Source: Candidatus Nomurabacteria bacterium | GTDB taxonomy: Bacteria; Patescibacteriota; Minisyncoccia; Phycocordibacterales; UBA9973 | Direction of reading: 5' to 3' | DNA: 64,000 nt | Assembly (NCBI GenBank): GCA_026395915.1 | Contig: JAPLXU010000020.1 | Location: 18,729-82,728 of the forward strand | Program-made: the position numbers and the translations under genes | The notes under the pieces: generated by a model | The model's input: the letters and a program-made list of their open reading frames with translations, nothing else | The model's database searches: none | What the model was told of the DNA's origin: nothing | Shown: positions 1-9,634 of the stretch, one piece after another | Layout: each line of letters starts with the position of its first letter | How positions within the stretch are numbered: the stretch's first letter is position 1

Positions 1-400
1 AGGCGGAATCACCAAGTTTATGAAAAAACTTGGCACAGCATATTCAATGTTTTTTAATTTAAAATACCAAAGACAAGGTGCGCTTTTTGGCGGGCCATTT
101 AAGTCAAAGTGTATAAAGACAGATGATAATTATATGCGACAACTATTTGCGTATATTCATTTGAATCCATTGGATATCGAATTTTTTGGCTGGGATAAAG
201 ATAAAAATACATATGCATATGTGAATAATAAAAAAAAGAAAGAGTTTTTAGAATCGTATAAGTATTCCAGTTATCAGGACCATACTGGGGTTGATAGGGT
301 AGAAGGCAATATTTTAAACAAGAAATCTTTTCCAGATTATTTTCAGTCTCAGCAATCCTTTAAAGAGTTTATTGAGAATTATTTTATTCCCTTAAGCTAG
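1..400 (+). CDS. IS200/IS605-family Y1 (HuH) transposase, REP-associated tyrosine transposase (RAYT)-like; 5' end truncated at window edge
   Basis: C-terminal block QGALFGGPFKSKCIKTDDNYMRQLFAYIHLNP matches conserved C-terminal region of TnpA_REP/IS200 proteins (cf. E. coli RAYT IWQPRFWEHAIRNEKELRAHVDYIHINP); frame stays open back to position 2, so HuH N-terminus lies upstream of window. Confidence 0.6.
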   Translation, partial: GGITKFMKKLGTAYSMFFNLKYQRQGALFGGPFKSKCIKTDDNYMRQLFAYIHLNPLDIEFFGWDKDKNTYAYVNNKKKKEFLESYKYSSYQDHTGVDRVEGNILNKKSFPDYFQSQQSFKEFIENYFIPLS

Positions 401-417
401 GACTGTCCTAGCTTAAG
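389..417. repeat. perfect palindrome ccttaagctagg-actgt-cctagcttaagg (12-bp stem) overlapping stop codon of the transposase gene
   Basis: read directly; REP-like hairpin adjacent to RAYT-like gene. Confidence 0.8.
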
Positions 418-433
418 GCCGCTTGACTGGAAC

Positions 434-442
434 TGTGGATAA
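434..442 (-). promoter_or_regulatory. TTATCCACA (DnaA-box consensus 9-mer) about 30 nt upstream of -10 TATAAT (473-478) of surface protein gene
   Basis: tgtggataa on + strand; same 9-mer found upstream of three other giant surface protein genes. Confidence 0.4.
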
Positions 443-487
443 GTTTTGATTGTAGTGTCTTCTGATAGAGAGTATAATAATTAGACT

Positions 488-2989
488 ATGAAAACTTCTT
501 TTTTGAAAATAGTTTCTGTTCTAGTTTTTTTCTTGGCAGTTTTTGTCTTGCCTTCTCATACTAATGCAAATAATCCTGCGTGTGGTGTTAGTACTAGCCC
601 GTGGGTGATTACAACTCTTAATTCTTCAACAGGAGGGATTTGCGATTGGACGGTTCCTGCCGGAGTTACACAAATACAAGTGAAAGTATGGGGTGGCGGT
701 GGAGCTGGAGGCGGAAATGGTGGTGATGATAATGGTGGAGGTGGAGGTGGAGGTGGCGCATTTGGAGAAAAAACGATTACTGTTGTTCCTGGAAGTACGT
801 ACACTATTTATGTTGGCTCTGGTGCCACCCATGGTCAAACTGAAGGAGGTCCTAGTTCTTTTGGCAGTTTAGCTGATCATTTAATTGCTTATGGAGGAGG
901 CAGTGGAAAAGTATGTACGGGTGGAGGTTGCGCGGGCGGAATTGGCGGTATTCCAGGTAATGGTTTTGCAGTTTCAACTAAAATTTATGGAAATGATGGA
1001 ATTCCTCCTGGTTACTATTTAGGTGATGGTATTTGGAGAGGTGGAAAGGGTGGTGATTCTGGGGAATGTTCTCTTAACGCTTCATGTGCGGGAAAAGGCG
1101 GTCTAGGTAGAAAAGGTACAGGGGATTATGATTCATGTCCAGCTCCTTACGATTACAACAGCAATGTTGACTGTGGAAATGCTGATGGGTATCAAGGAGG
1201 ATTTCCTGGAGGAGGAGGTGGAGGAGGTGGAGATTTTCACAATCGAGGTGACGGTTTAGGTGGCAAAGGTGGTGATGGTAAAGTTGTAATCACTGATACG
1301 ACTCCAGCAGTTCAAACTTACACCGTCTCTGGAACTGTTTCTGGATCACACGGTACTATCTCTCCAGCCACTCAAACAATTAATTCCGGAAGCACTACAA
1401 CTCTCACCGTAACTCCAAGCGCAGGATACACAGCTACAGTTTCAGGCTGTGGCGGTTCGTTGTCTCAAAATACTTTCACTACTGGCACGATAACTGCCAG
1501 TTGTACAGTTACTGCTAGTTTTTCCGCAACAGTTACTCCCGTAAACGGCGTCTGTGGCTCTGCTAATGGGACACCTGTTTCGTCAACTCCGTCCACTAAT
1601 TTTTGTTCAGTAGGTTCACCTTCTTCAGTTTCCGGTCCTGGCCCTTGGAGTTGGACATGCGCTGGTTCAAATAGTGGTTCAACTGCTTCTTGTTCGGCTA
1701 ATCTTGCAGTTACTCCTCCAGCCACACCTTCCTGTTCATCAGGTTCGTTTCCAATCGACCTCCATGGCTGGGCTTGGTCTTCGAATATCGGCTGGATAAG
1801 TTTCAATTCTTCTGACGCAGGCGCCGGAGGCGGTCCTTACAAAGTGTCTGTTGACGCTTCGGGGAATTTAAATGGTTACGCTTGGTCTTCGAATATCGGC
1901 TGGATAAAGTTCGGCGGACTTTCAGGTTTTCCATCTGGAGGAGGAACACAGGCTCAAGATGCGCAAATAAACGGTAACAATCTCAAAGGCTGGGCGAGAG
2001 CTCTTTCATATGGCGGAGGATGGGACGGTTGGATTTCTCTTTCAGGAGCGGGACCAAACTATGGTCCGACGATATCCGACAATACCATAACAGGATACGC
2101 GTGGGGCTCGGATGTCGTGGGCTGGATTGATTTCAGCGCGACCACTTCGGGTGGAGGGACGACGAACGGTGTCACTTGCGGGAATTCAAACGCCATGTCT
2201 GGTACTCTCACTCCCGCGTCTCCTTCTTGTACTATCGTGGCTGGAGCAAGCAGTTGCAGTGTAAATTTGACTTGGACTACGACGAATCCAGTTGGCACTT
2301 CTGCTGTCACTGCTACTGGAATGTCTAACATAAATGGAAATTCAGGCGGTCCTACGGCTTTTACGGTTCCATATTCTAGTAGGGTATTTCATCTTTTTAA
2401 TAATAATGTTGAACTTGCTCTAAGCAATGCCACTTCAAGTTGCGTGTCAGGCACGGTTTGGAATGGAAGTACAAGTACATGTGTGCCAACGCAAGTAGAT
2501 TTCTCTTTGTCGGCGCACTATATCGACAAGACGGCAATAGCTGATGGGGCTATTGTTCCATCACTTTCGGTACCAATTGGTTCTCCAGCTGATCTGAGTT
2601 GGACAATAGACGGTAATATGAAATCTTGTTTGACTATTCCTGCTGGGTCTGGATCTGATTGGAACAAATTGACGAACCAGACAGAAAGTCTTGGGAAAAT
2701 AGCAAGTGGAACATCTGGCAATGACACAGTTTCGCTCAATACTTTAGGTGATCATACTTTCCAAATTAGGTGTATTGATTCTAATGATGAAATCCAATCA
2801 CGAGCTATTATAATAAATGTGACTGCTTCTGCTTGTTCTACAACTCACTATAAATGTTCCGATGGTATTATTCCTGATACTGGTACAAATAGACATAATT
2901 ATCCTTCAAAGGTAACATGGGATTGCACTGTAAATGGAGTTACTTCAAACTGTACAGAAAATAAAGGCCCAGGCTGGCACGAAAATTAA
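488..2989 (+). CDS. secreted Gly-rich / Thr-Ser-rich surface protein with WSSNIGWI tandem repeats (833 aa)
   Basis: N-terminal signal peptide MKTSFLKIVSVLVFFLAVFVLPSHTNA; GGGGAGGGNGG and GGGGGGGG tracts; three GYAWSSNIGWI-like repeats; no catalytic motif recognised. Confidence 0.8.
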   Translation: MKTSFLKIVSVLVFFLAVFVLPSHTNANNPACGVSTSPWVITTLNSSTGGICDWTVPAGVTQIQVKVWGGGGAGGGNGGDDNGGGGGGGGAFGEKTITVVPGSTYTIYVGSGATHGQTEGGPSSFGSLADHLIAYGGGSGKVCTGGGCAGGIGGIPGNGFAVSTKIYGNDGIPPGYYLGDGIWRGGKGGDSGECSLNASCAGKGGLGRKGTGDYDSCPAPYDYNSNVDCGNADGYQGGFPGGGGGGGGDFHNRGDGLGGKGGDGKVVITDTTPAVQTYTVSGTVSGSHGTISPATQTINSGSTTTLTVTPSAGYTATVSGCGGSLSQNTFTTGTITASCTVTASFSATVTPVNGVCGSANGTPVSSTPSTNFCSVGSPSSVSGPGPWSWTCAGSNSGSTASCSANLAVTPPATPSCSSGSFPIDLHGWAWSSNIGWISFNSSDAGAGGGPYKVSVDASGNLNGYAWSSNIGWIKFGGLSGFPSGGGTQAQDAQINGNNLKGWARALSYGGGWDGWISLSGAGPNYGPTISDNTITGYAWGSDVVGWIDFSATTSGGGTTNGVTCGNSNAMSGTLTPASPSCTIVAGASSCSVNLTWTTTNPVGTSAVTATGMSNINGNSGGPTAFTVPYSSRVFHLFNNNVELALSNATSSCVSGTVWNGSTSTCVPTQVDFSLSAHYIDKTAIADGAIVPSLSVPIGSPADLSWTIDGNMKSCLTIPAGSGSDWNKLTNQTESLGKIASGTSGNDTVSLNTLGDHTFQIRCIDSNDEIQSRAIIINVTASACSTTHYKCSDGIIPDTGTNRHNYPSKVTWDCTVNGVTSNCTENKGPGWHEN
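1772..1907 (+). repeat. 28-bp exact direct repeat gcttggtcttcgaatatcggctggataa (1772-1799 and 1880-1907) encoding WSSNIGWI repeats
   Basis: read directly in sequence. Confidence 0.8.
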
Positions 2990-3021
2990 AAAATTTTAGA
3001 AACAGTTTATAAAAAAAACAT

Positions 3022-3042
3022 CCGCGGAGCATTGCGCCGCGG
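3022..3042. terminator. GC hairpin ccgcggagcattgcgccgcgg flanked by A-run (+) / T-run (-): likely bidirectional intrinsic terminator
   Basis: hairpin followed on minus strand by tgttttttttat; sits between convergent genes 488..2989(+) and 3114..3869(-). Confidence 0.5.
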
Positions 3043-3113
3043 TGTTGTGATACCTTCGATCGAGAAAAAAAGAACAATCAGGCTAACGACTTGCGTTACC
3101 TGCGAAAAAGTGA

Positions 3114-3869
3114 TCAGGCTGACGATTCACGTCGCCCTAGAGAGCGAAAGAGGATTGGAAATCCTCCAAAACATAAGATGAAAGCCCATGTCGATGGCTC
3201 TGGTACGGGCATAATGTCCAGAGTGACCGTGGTCTTCGCGACCATGCTACCCAATGAATACTGGGCAGTAAAATCATCTGTGGGCCCATAAAGTCCAAGG
3301 AGGGCTTGGATTGTTTGTGGCAGACTCGCGGGATTTGGCGTATGTTCAGAATAGGTGTTAAATAACCCAAACACTTGTCCCATAATGGCATTGTTCCCGC
3401 TCCCAGATAAAACGTTTCCCTGGGGGTCTTCACCATAAAGCTTTGGTCCAAATGAGATATTGACGATTGGGTTTGTAAATACGCCGAATCTATCTCCAAC
3501 ACTCCTCTCAACATCGTCAAATGTGAATGGAGTCTTACTAGAAATGACAACGCCGATGTACAATTTACCACCGGTTGAATTGTTGTCATACGTTATGATG
3601 TCAGCCACATTGATATGGCTACCGGAAGGGAGGAATACTGTCGGCGTCGCCGACAATCCCCTCATCGTTGCCATCATATTGTCCGTGAATTCCTGGGAAC
3701 CAGGCTCACCTGACGCAGGACCCACTGCCATGTAGATGTTAATTCCATCAATTGCCTGAAAATTTCCCTGCGCGCTCGCCGACGGGGCGAAACCAACGGA
3801 ACTGACCAAACCGACACTGACCACGGCGCTCATCATGAGCGCCACCAACGAGAAACGAGAATTCTTCAT
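3114..3869 (-). CDS. secreted protein with C-terminal PEP-CTERM-like sorting signal (251 aa); locally elevated GC
   Basis: signal peptide MKNSRFSLVALMMSAVVSVGLVSSVGFAPSASA; C-terminus VPEPSTWAFILCFGGFPILFRSLGRRESSA = PEP motif + hydrophobic helix + Arg cluster; GC visibly higher than flanks. Confidence 0.65.
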   Translation of the reverse strand: MKNSRFSLVALMMSAVVSVGLVSSVGFAPSASAQGNFQAIDGINIYMAVGPASGEPGSQEFTDNMMATMRGLSATPTVFLPSGSHINVADIITYDNNSTGGKLYIGVVISSKTPFTFDDVERSVGDRFGVFTNPIVNISFGPKLYGEDPQGNVLSGSGNNAIMGQVFGLFNTYSEHTPNPASLPQTIQALLGLYGPTDDFTAQYSLGSMVAKTTVTLDIMPVPEPSTWAFILCFGGFPILFRSLGRRESSA

Positions 3870-4016
3870 ATTATTGCTTTCTATTTTGTTTTAATCTTTG
3901 TTCAATGTGTGGTGTTTCCACCACGTTTGTTATTTAAAGTAAAGGGTATACCTTTTCACCTCTTTTGTCCAGTTAAAAATTTTGTTAAAAATTTTAGTAC
4001 GAGGTATACTATATGA

Positions 4017-5780
4017 ATGATAATTGATGAGGAACAGTTTAAGAAATTCATTTTAGATTCGAAGCTCGTTTCAAAAACTGACTTTGACGAGGCGATAAAA
4101 ATAGCCGAGACCAAAAAACAAAAAATTGGGAACGTCCTCCTTTCGGAAGGGAAGATATCCGAGACAGATTTGAAACGAGCGGAAGCTTTTGTCCTCGGAA
4201 TTCCATTTGTTAATTTAACAAAAGAGAAAATTGATTTTTCTGTGCTTTCTCTCATTCCCGAACCGATCGCGCGCAATGACAATATCGTCGCTTACAAAAA
4301 AACCGAGAAGGGGCTCGAGGTAGCCATGCTCGACGTCGACGATCTGCCTGTGATTGATTTCATAAAGAAGCGTTCTGGATTTAAAATTTTACCAAGATTG
4401 ACCGATACAGTTTCGATTAAAGCTGTGCTCGTGCAATACAGGAAAAGTCTAAAAGCGGAATTTCAAAATATCATTCAAAAAGAATCCAATTCGCTCGGAG
4501 TTTCAAAAGACGAAGGTGAAGAAGACAAACTTGGCGAAAAATCCGAATCAGAATTGCAAGAAATGGCGGAAGATCTGCCGGTGATAAAAATTGTAGATTC
4601 TCTGGTCTTTCACGCGATTTTGCAAAACGCGTCCGATATTCATATCGAGCCGGGTGAAAAAGAGCTCACAGTGCGTTATAGAATAGACGGCATCTTGCAT
4701 GACGCGATGATCTTGGACAAAAATGCCGGCGCTGGAATCACAGCTCGTATCAAAGTGCTATCGAATTTGAAACTCGATGAGAAGAGGTTGCCACAGGACG
4801 GCAGATTCAAGATAGAGCAGAATGGAGAGAAAATTTCTTTCCGTGTTTCTACCTTGCCGACATTTTTTGGAGAAAAGACAGTTATCAGAATTTTGAAAGA
4901 GAACGCGCACGGATTTACACTTGAAGGTTTAGGTTTTCATGGCGAAGGACTGGAACGAATCCATGCTTCCCTCAAACAAAAAACGGGAATGGTGCTTGCG
5001 ACAGGTCCGACCGGTTCCGGAAAAACGACGACACTTTACACGATGTTGGATATTTTGAACAGACCGGAAGTGAATATCTCCACCGTGGAAGACCCGATCG
5101 AATATCAGATGCCGAGAGTGAATCAGACTCAGGTCAAACCAGAAATCGGTTTGTCTTTTGCGAACGGATTGCGTTCTCTTTTGCGTCAGGACCCGGACAT
5201 AGTGATGGTGGGGGAGATCCGAGATGGAGAGACGGCTGGGCTTGCGGTGAATGCATCCTTGACTGGTCACCTTGTTCTTTCCACAATTCACACCAACAGC
5301 GCTGCCGGCGCGATACCAAGATTGATAGATATGGGTGTCGAGCCTTTTCTCATAACGGCGACGGTTAAGACGATCATCGCGCAGAGATTGATCCGCAGAC
5401 TCACTCCGAATAAAGAAAAATATTTCTTGTCTCCAGCTGAAATGAAAAACTTGGCGAAGGTCGTCGATATGGACAGAGTGTTAACTTTTTTGAAAACTGA
5501 GAAAATTGTCGGCGAGAAAGATACTTGGGACAAAATTCCTTTTTACAGAACAGTCAAAAGCGCTGAATTTGAAGATGGATATTCGGGTCGCATAGGTATG
5601 CACGAAGTTTTAAAAGTCTCACCCGCTATTAAAGAAATGATAATAGGAGGCAGTTCACAGGATGATGTGGAAACGCAGGCAAAAAAAGAGGGAATGATGA
5701 CGATGATTGAAGACGGAGTTTTTCAAGCAGTTTTGGGAGTGACCACTTTAGAGGAAGTGTTTCGAGTTGTTTCGGAGTAA
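4017..5780 (+). CDS. pilB: type IV pilus assembly ATPase PilB (GspE family)
   Basis: Walker A GPTGSGKTTTLYTML, GspE-N domain, Asp box and His box motifs; 587 aa. Confidence 0.9.
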   Translation: MIIDEEQFKKFILDSKLVSKTDFDEAIKIAETKKQKIGNVLLSEGKISETDLKRAEAFVLGIPFVNLTKEKIDFSVLSLIPEPIARNDNIVAYKKTEKGLEVAMLDVDDLPVIDFIKKRSGFKILPRLTDTVSIKAVLVQYRKSLKAEFQNIIQKESNSLGVSKDEGEEDKLGEKSESELQEMAEDLPVIKIVDSLVFHAILQNASDIHIEPGEKELTVRYRIDGILHDAMILDKNAGAGITARIKVLSNLKLDEKRLPQDGRFKIEQNGEKISFRVSTLPTFFGEKTVIRILKENAHGFTLEGLGFHGEGLERIHASLKQKTGMVLATGPTGSGKTTTLYTMLDILNRPEVNISTVEDPIEYQMPRVNQTQVKPEIGLSFANGLRSLLRQDPDIVMVGEIRDGETAGLAVNASLTGHLVLSTIHTNSAAGAIPRLIDMGVEPFLITATVKTIIAQRLIRRLTPNKEKYFLSPAEMKNLAKVVDMDRVLTFLKTEKIVGEKDTWDKIPFYRTVKSAEFEDGYSGRIGMHEVLKVSPAIKEMIIGGSSQDDVETQAKKEGMMTMIEDGVFQAVLGVTTLEEVFRVVSE

Positions 5781-5800
5781 AAAAGGAAGTTGAATTTATT

Positions 5801-7021
5801 ATGCTTTTCACATACAGAGCAAAATCAAAAGAAGGAGAAATAATGGAAGGAGCGCTAGAAGCTCTCGACCGTTTGACTCTCGCTCGTGACCTTCGAGGTC
5901 GCGGGCTTGTTCCCATCACAATTTCACAACAAAGCGAAAGTTTTTTTAGCAAATTCTCTTTGTCATTCTCTAACATTTTTTCGAGAGTAAAAACAGCCGA
6001 GCTGATTATTTTGACAAAAAATTTAAGCGGAATGTTGCGGTCTGGACTTTCGCTCTATCGAGCATTATCTGTTTTAAAAAAGCAAACAAAAAATCCAAAA
6101 TTAGATAAGATTTTGACATCTGTTTCCGATAATATAAATGCTGGTGAAAACTTGTCGTTTGGGCTTTCAAAATTTCCAGATGTTTTTTCTAAACTTTTTA
6201 TTTCGATGACGCGAGCAGGGGAAGAGTCTGGAAATTTGGCAGATGCTTTGTCAAATATTGGAATAAATTTGGAAAAGTCTCATTCCCTCACAAAAAAGAT
6301 AAAAGGAGCGCTCATTTATCCTGGTGTTATTTTTTCGGCGATGATCGTCATCGGTGTCTTGATGTTCGCTTTCGTCGTGCCGACTTTGGCAAAAACTTTT
6401 CAAGATCTCGGCGCTCCTTTGCCTGCCACGACCAAGCTTCTTATTTTTCTCGGCAACTTTTTTTCGAATCATTTAATTTTAACTTTCGTGATCATAATTG
6501 CTCTCGCTTTCGGTCTGTTTTCTTTTTTTAGGGCGAAATTTATGGAAAAGTATATTGATTTTGCGATTGTTCGTCTGCCTGTTATTGGCAATTTAGCGAA
6601 AGAAATAAATACTGCTAGAACTGCGCGCACTATGTCCTCTCTTCTCTCGTCCGGAGTTTCCATTACTCGCGCGGTAGAAATCACCGAGGACGTTGTGCAA
6701 AATATTTATTACAAAAAAATTTTAAATGACGCAAAAATCGAAGTGGAACGAGGCGCTCCTTTTTCTCAAGCTTTTGCAAACAGCAAAAATCTCTATCCGA
6801 TAATGATGTCGGAGATGATTCAAGTCGGCGAAGAGACTGGAAAATTGTCCGACATGTTGCTCCAGATTGCTCTGTTTTACGAAGAAGAGGTGGAAAACAA
6901 AACAAAAAATCTTTCCACAATTATAGAACCTCTCCTTATGCTTTTCATTGGCGCGGCGGTTGGATTCTTTGCTATTTCGATGATCTCGCCACTTTATTCA
7001 GTCATGGGGAGTATAAAATAA
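5801..7021 (+). CDS. pilC: type IV pilus platform protein PilC (GspF family)
   Basis: 406 aa polytopic protein with duplicated GspF domain signature; immediately downstream of pilB. Confidence 0.85.
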   Translation: MLFTYRAKSKEGEIMEGALEALDRLTLARDLRGRGLVPITISQQSESFFSKFSLSFSNIFSRVKTAELIILTKNLSGMLRSGLSLYRALSVLKKQTKNPKLDKILTSVSDNINAGENLSFGLSKFPDVFSKLFISMTRAGEESGNLADALSNIGINLEKSHSLTKKIKGALIYPGVIFSAMIVIGVLMFAFVVPTLAKTFQDLGAPLPATTKLLIFLGNFFSNHLILTFVIIIALAFGLFSFFRAKFMEKYIDFAIVRLPVIGNLAKEINTARTARTMSSLLSSGVSITRAVEITEDVVQNIYYKKILNDAKIEVERGAPFSQAFANSKNLYPIMMSEMIQVGEETGKLSDMLLQIALFYEEEVENKTKNLSTIIEPLLMLFIGAAVGFFAISMISPLYSVMGSIK

Positions 7022-7058
7022 AATCATTTTTTGTGTATTTCTCTGTGTTATAATAAAT

Positions 7059-8195
7059 ATGATGAGTAAATCACTTATTATCGTTGGAATATTTTCTTTG
7101 ATGGTTGTTGCAACTCTTGGAACACTTTTTTTTGTGCAGAAAAATAATGGAAACGAGAATGATTTAATTGCTAAAAAAAATAAATTACAGGGCGATTTAA
7201 TTATCGCAAAAAAGAAATTAAATAAAGACCAAAACACACTCGATATCATGACAGACAACCTCAAGAGCTCTTTTCCCTTTGCTGTTGCTATTCAAGACCA
7301 AATGAAAAAAAGTTCGAATATTGTCGGTCAAACTGATTTTATGTTTACCGACCCAGACGGATTAAACCCAGAGCTTATAATTAAAAATCTTCCAGCCGTT
7401 ATCCTTGTAAACAAAGAAAGGAAAAATATAAATCTTCTGCTTGAAAAATGGCAGGACAAGATTGATATTTTATCTGTTGAAAAAATTGACGCAAAAGAGA
7501 GTGAGCAAATTAAAAAAGACGTGCAGACGATTAAAACTTATTTAGCGGATCTTTCTCATTTAGTTGGAACTTTAACGCCTGAAAACTCCGGAATCTCTCA
7601 GTTTCAAATATATATTTATATATCAACTCTTCCTTCTGCGAATGCAATAGACGAGGTTCTTAAATCGCTTCAAGCGGCTATTGATGATTCTAAAAATAAT
7701 AATTCACAATTAGACATTCACTCTGTGACGGCAGATGATGTTGTTGTCCAGCAAGGAATAGTTGAGAAGACGCAAGCGGAAGTAACAGCATTAGAAGAGC
7801 AACTGGCGCAGATAGAAAAACAAATACAACAATCATCATCCGTTTCGACTTCTACTCCAGCTTCAAATTCCAATACAGATTCTAATTCTTCTTCTGTCCC
7901 TGATATTACTTCTGGTTCTGCCGATACCACTTCTACTTCATCTGCCACCAATTCAAATTCCAATACCACCTCTTCTGCTTCTTCATCTAATAATTCTGAC
8001 CAAACTAACATCGGCAGTGGAACTGATTCTAATTCGGGGAATCAAAATCAAAATACAAATAACGCGGTTGGAAACAGTAATGGAACGGGTTCATATGATA
8101 ATGGGACTTCTAGCAATTCTAATACTAGCAATCGTCCGGGCATCATAATACAACCTGGTCCGCCGAGGCTCATTGAGGGCGCTAATCAGTATTAA
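7059..8195 (+). CDS. bitopic membrane protein, coiled-coil plus Ser/Thr/Asn-rich low-complexity tail; pilus-locus associated
   Basis: N-terminal TM IIVGIFSLMVVATLGTLFFV, coiled-coil segment, 100-aa S/T/N tract; position between pilC and pilin genes. Confidence 0.6.
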   Translation: MMSKSLIIVGIFSLMVVATLGTLFFVQKNNGNENDLIAKKNKLQGDLIIAKKKLNKDQNTLDIMTDNLKSSFPFAVAIQDQMKKSSNIVGQTDFMFTDPDGLNPELIIKNLPAVILVNKERKNINLLLEKWQDKIDILSVEKIDAKESEQIKKDVQTIKTYLADLSHLVGTLTPENSGISQFQIYIYISTLPSANAIDEVLKSLQAAIDDSKNNNSQLDIHSVTADDVVVQQGIVEKTQAEVTALEEQLAQIEKQIQQSSSVSTSTPASNSNTDSNSSSVPDITSGSADTTSTSSATNSNSNTTSSASSSNNSDQTNIGSGTDSNSGNQNQNTNNAVGNSNGTGSYDNGTSSNSNTSNRPGIIIQPGPPRLIEGANQY

Positions 8196-9634
8196 TTTTT
8201 TACTTCTTGCCAAGAAAGTATTTGATATTGATCTGAAGTAAGAGGAAAATTTGGAGGCGGGGCGTAGAGCAAATTTGCATCATAATTTATGTTTCTAATT
8301 ATATAGCCTGTTTCGTCTGTAAAAGCAAATCCATATCTGGCGTAAGAAGCGATCATTCCGTAAAGTGAAATGACGGATCTTTTTGTGTAATCGCAGCCGC
8401 TTCCATTATAATAAAATCTTCCGACGGCTTTATGTTGCGCCATAAGCGCCCCGTCTATTTTTAGATTATTATCGCTGATCATTCCGACCATCACTCCACC
8501 TTGCGCTACTAAACCGATGGAATCTGTGCCGTCATAGTTGGTATAAGACAAATCGTTGTTTATTATAATATTTTTTAATTGAGTCGTGTCTGAAGGTTCA
8601 GGCAATAGGGACGCGGTTATCGTAAGTCGCGCTCCGTTTATTTGTCCATCAACCACAAGATTGTCTTGGATGAAGATAACGCCATTTGTTGGAAAAGCAT
8701 AATTGCCTAGAAGTGTTTGCGTGTTGATGCTCCAGCTCAAGTCTTCAGAGCCTGAGCTATCGCAGTGGTCCACACTTGCCCAAGAATTTATTTTATACAG
8801 ATCAAAGGTATCATTAGTTTTTAAAACGATATGATAACCAACAGATCCGCCTCCTGCTGTGTCTCGATAAAATCCACCACTTGTTTGCGCAGTCGTTTTT
8901 AATTTTGATACGTCATCTGTAAAGCCAGAAAAACTGATGACAGGTTGACCCATTGCGCGTCCGGCGGCAAAGACATCAGGACGAGCTGGAAGCGGGGTCG
9001 GCGATGTCGGATCATGAGTGCCTAGGCAAGTATGCACGCCATAAGAATTGCTGGTAGTGCAAGCGTCAGAATCAGAATCTGTATAGGTTGCCACTCCGCT
9101 GGTGACCAAGTTATGCGCAAGCCCGTCAAAGCGTATTCCTCCATTTGAGTGAACGGAACCAAAAACTTCTGTGCCTTCACCGAAACGCATTGCGCTATTT
9201 CCGGCAAAAGCGTGTTCGGCGATGGATGGTTTGGCAAGTTGGGCCGATATTTTTCGTAACTGTGTAGAATCAAGCGATGACGAACCAGTAGATTTTATTT
9301 TGACTAATGAAGAACCTTGCGTCGGGGCGGTAATATTAAGAGAAAATTGTCCAATCGTGTTTCCATTTTTATCTATCAGAGGATGAGCATAGCCAAGTCC
9401 ATAAGTACCGTCCGTATAATCAGTTGATGCGTGCGCCAAATGCCATCGATAATAATCTATTCCAGCTTCCGCTGATTGAAACGCCTGTTCGCGATTGTAA
9501 GTTATTCTGGCAGATTTTACAGAAGTGGCGGCAAAGCTAGCAAGCGCGCCGATAATCATTACCGCAATAGCCGCAAATACCAACGTTTGCACTATAATCA
9601 TCCCTTTATTTTTTCTTATGTTTTTCTTAATCAT
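8192..9634 (-). CDS. PilX-like pilus assembly / minor pilin protein (480 aa)
   Basis: N-terminal hydrophobic segment then REQAFQSAEAGIDYY resembling PilX_N motif; in pilin gene row. Confidence 0.6.
   Translation of the reverse strand: MIKKNIRKNKGMIIVQTLVFAAIAVMIIGALASFAATSVKSARITYNREQAFQSAEAGIDYYRWHLAHASTDYTDGTYGLGYAHPLIDKNGNTIGQFSLNITAPTQGSSLVKIKSTGSSSLDSTQLRKISAQLAKPSIAEHAFAGNSAMRFGEGTEVFGSVHSNGGIRFDGLAHNLVTSGVATYTDSDSDACTTSNSYGVHTCLGTHDPTSPTPLPARPDVFAAGRAMGQPVISFSGFTDDVSKLKTTAQTSGGFYRDTAGGGSVGYHIVLKTNDTFDLYKINSWASVDHCDSSGSEDLSWSINTQTLLGNYAFPTNGVIFIQDNLVVDGQINGARLTITASLLPEPSDTTQLKNIIINNDLSYTNYDGTDSIGLVAQGGVMVGMISDNNLKIDGALMAQHKAVGRFYYNGSGCDYTKRSVISLYGMIASYARYGFAFTDETGYIIRNINYDANLLYAPPPNFPLTSDQYQILSWQEVKN

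Noticed and set aside
3091-3291. 66-aa plus-strand ORF overlapping the PEP-CTERM gene
   Set aside because: Antisense to a better-supported gene; highly basic artefactual sequence.
4929-5533. Minus-strand ORFs (120, 61, 81 aa) inside pilB, and similar antisense ORFs inside other long genes (e.g. 1465..1806, 24389..25545, 33727..34391)
   Set aside because: Fully embedded antisense to strongly supported conserved genes, odd composition (Arg/Ser/Cys-rich), no RBS; typical spurious six-frame ORFs.
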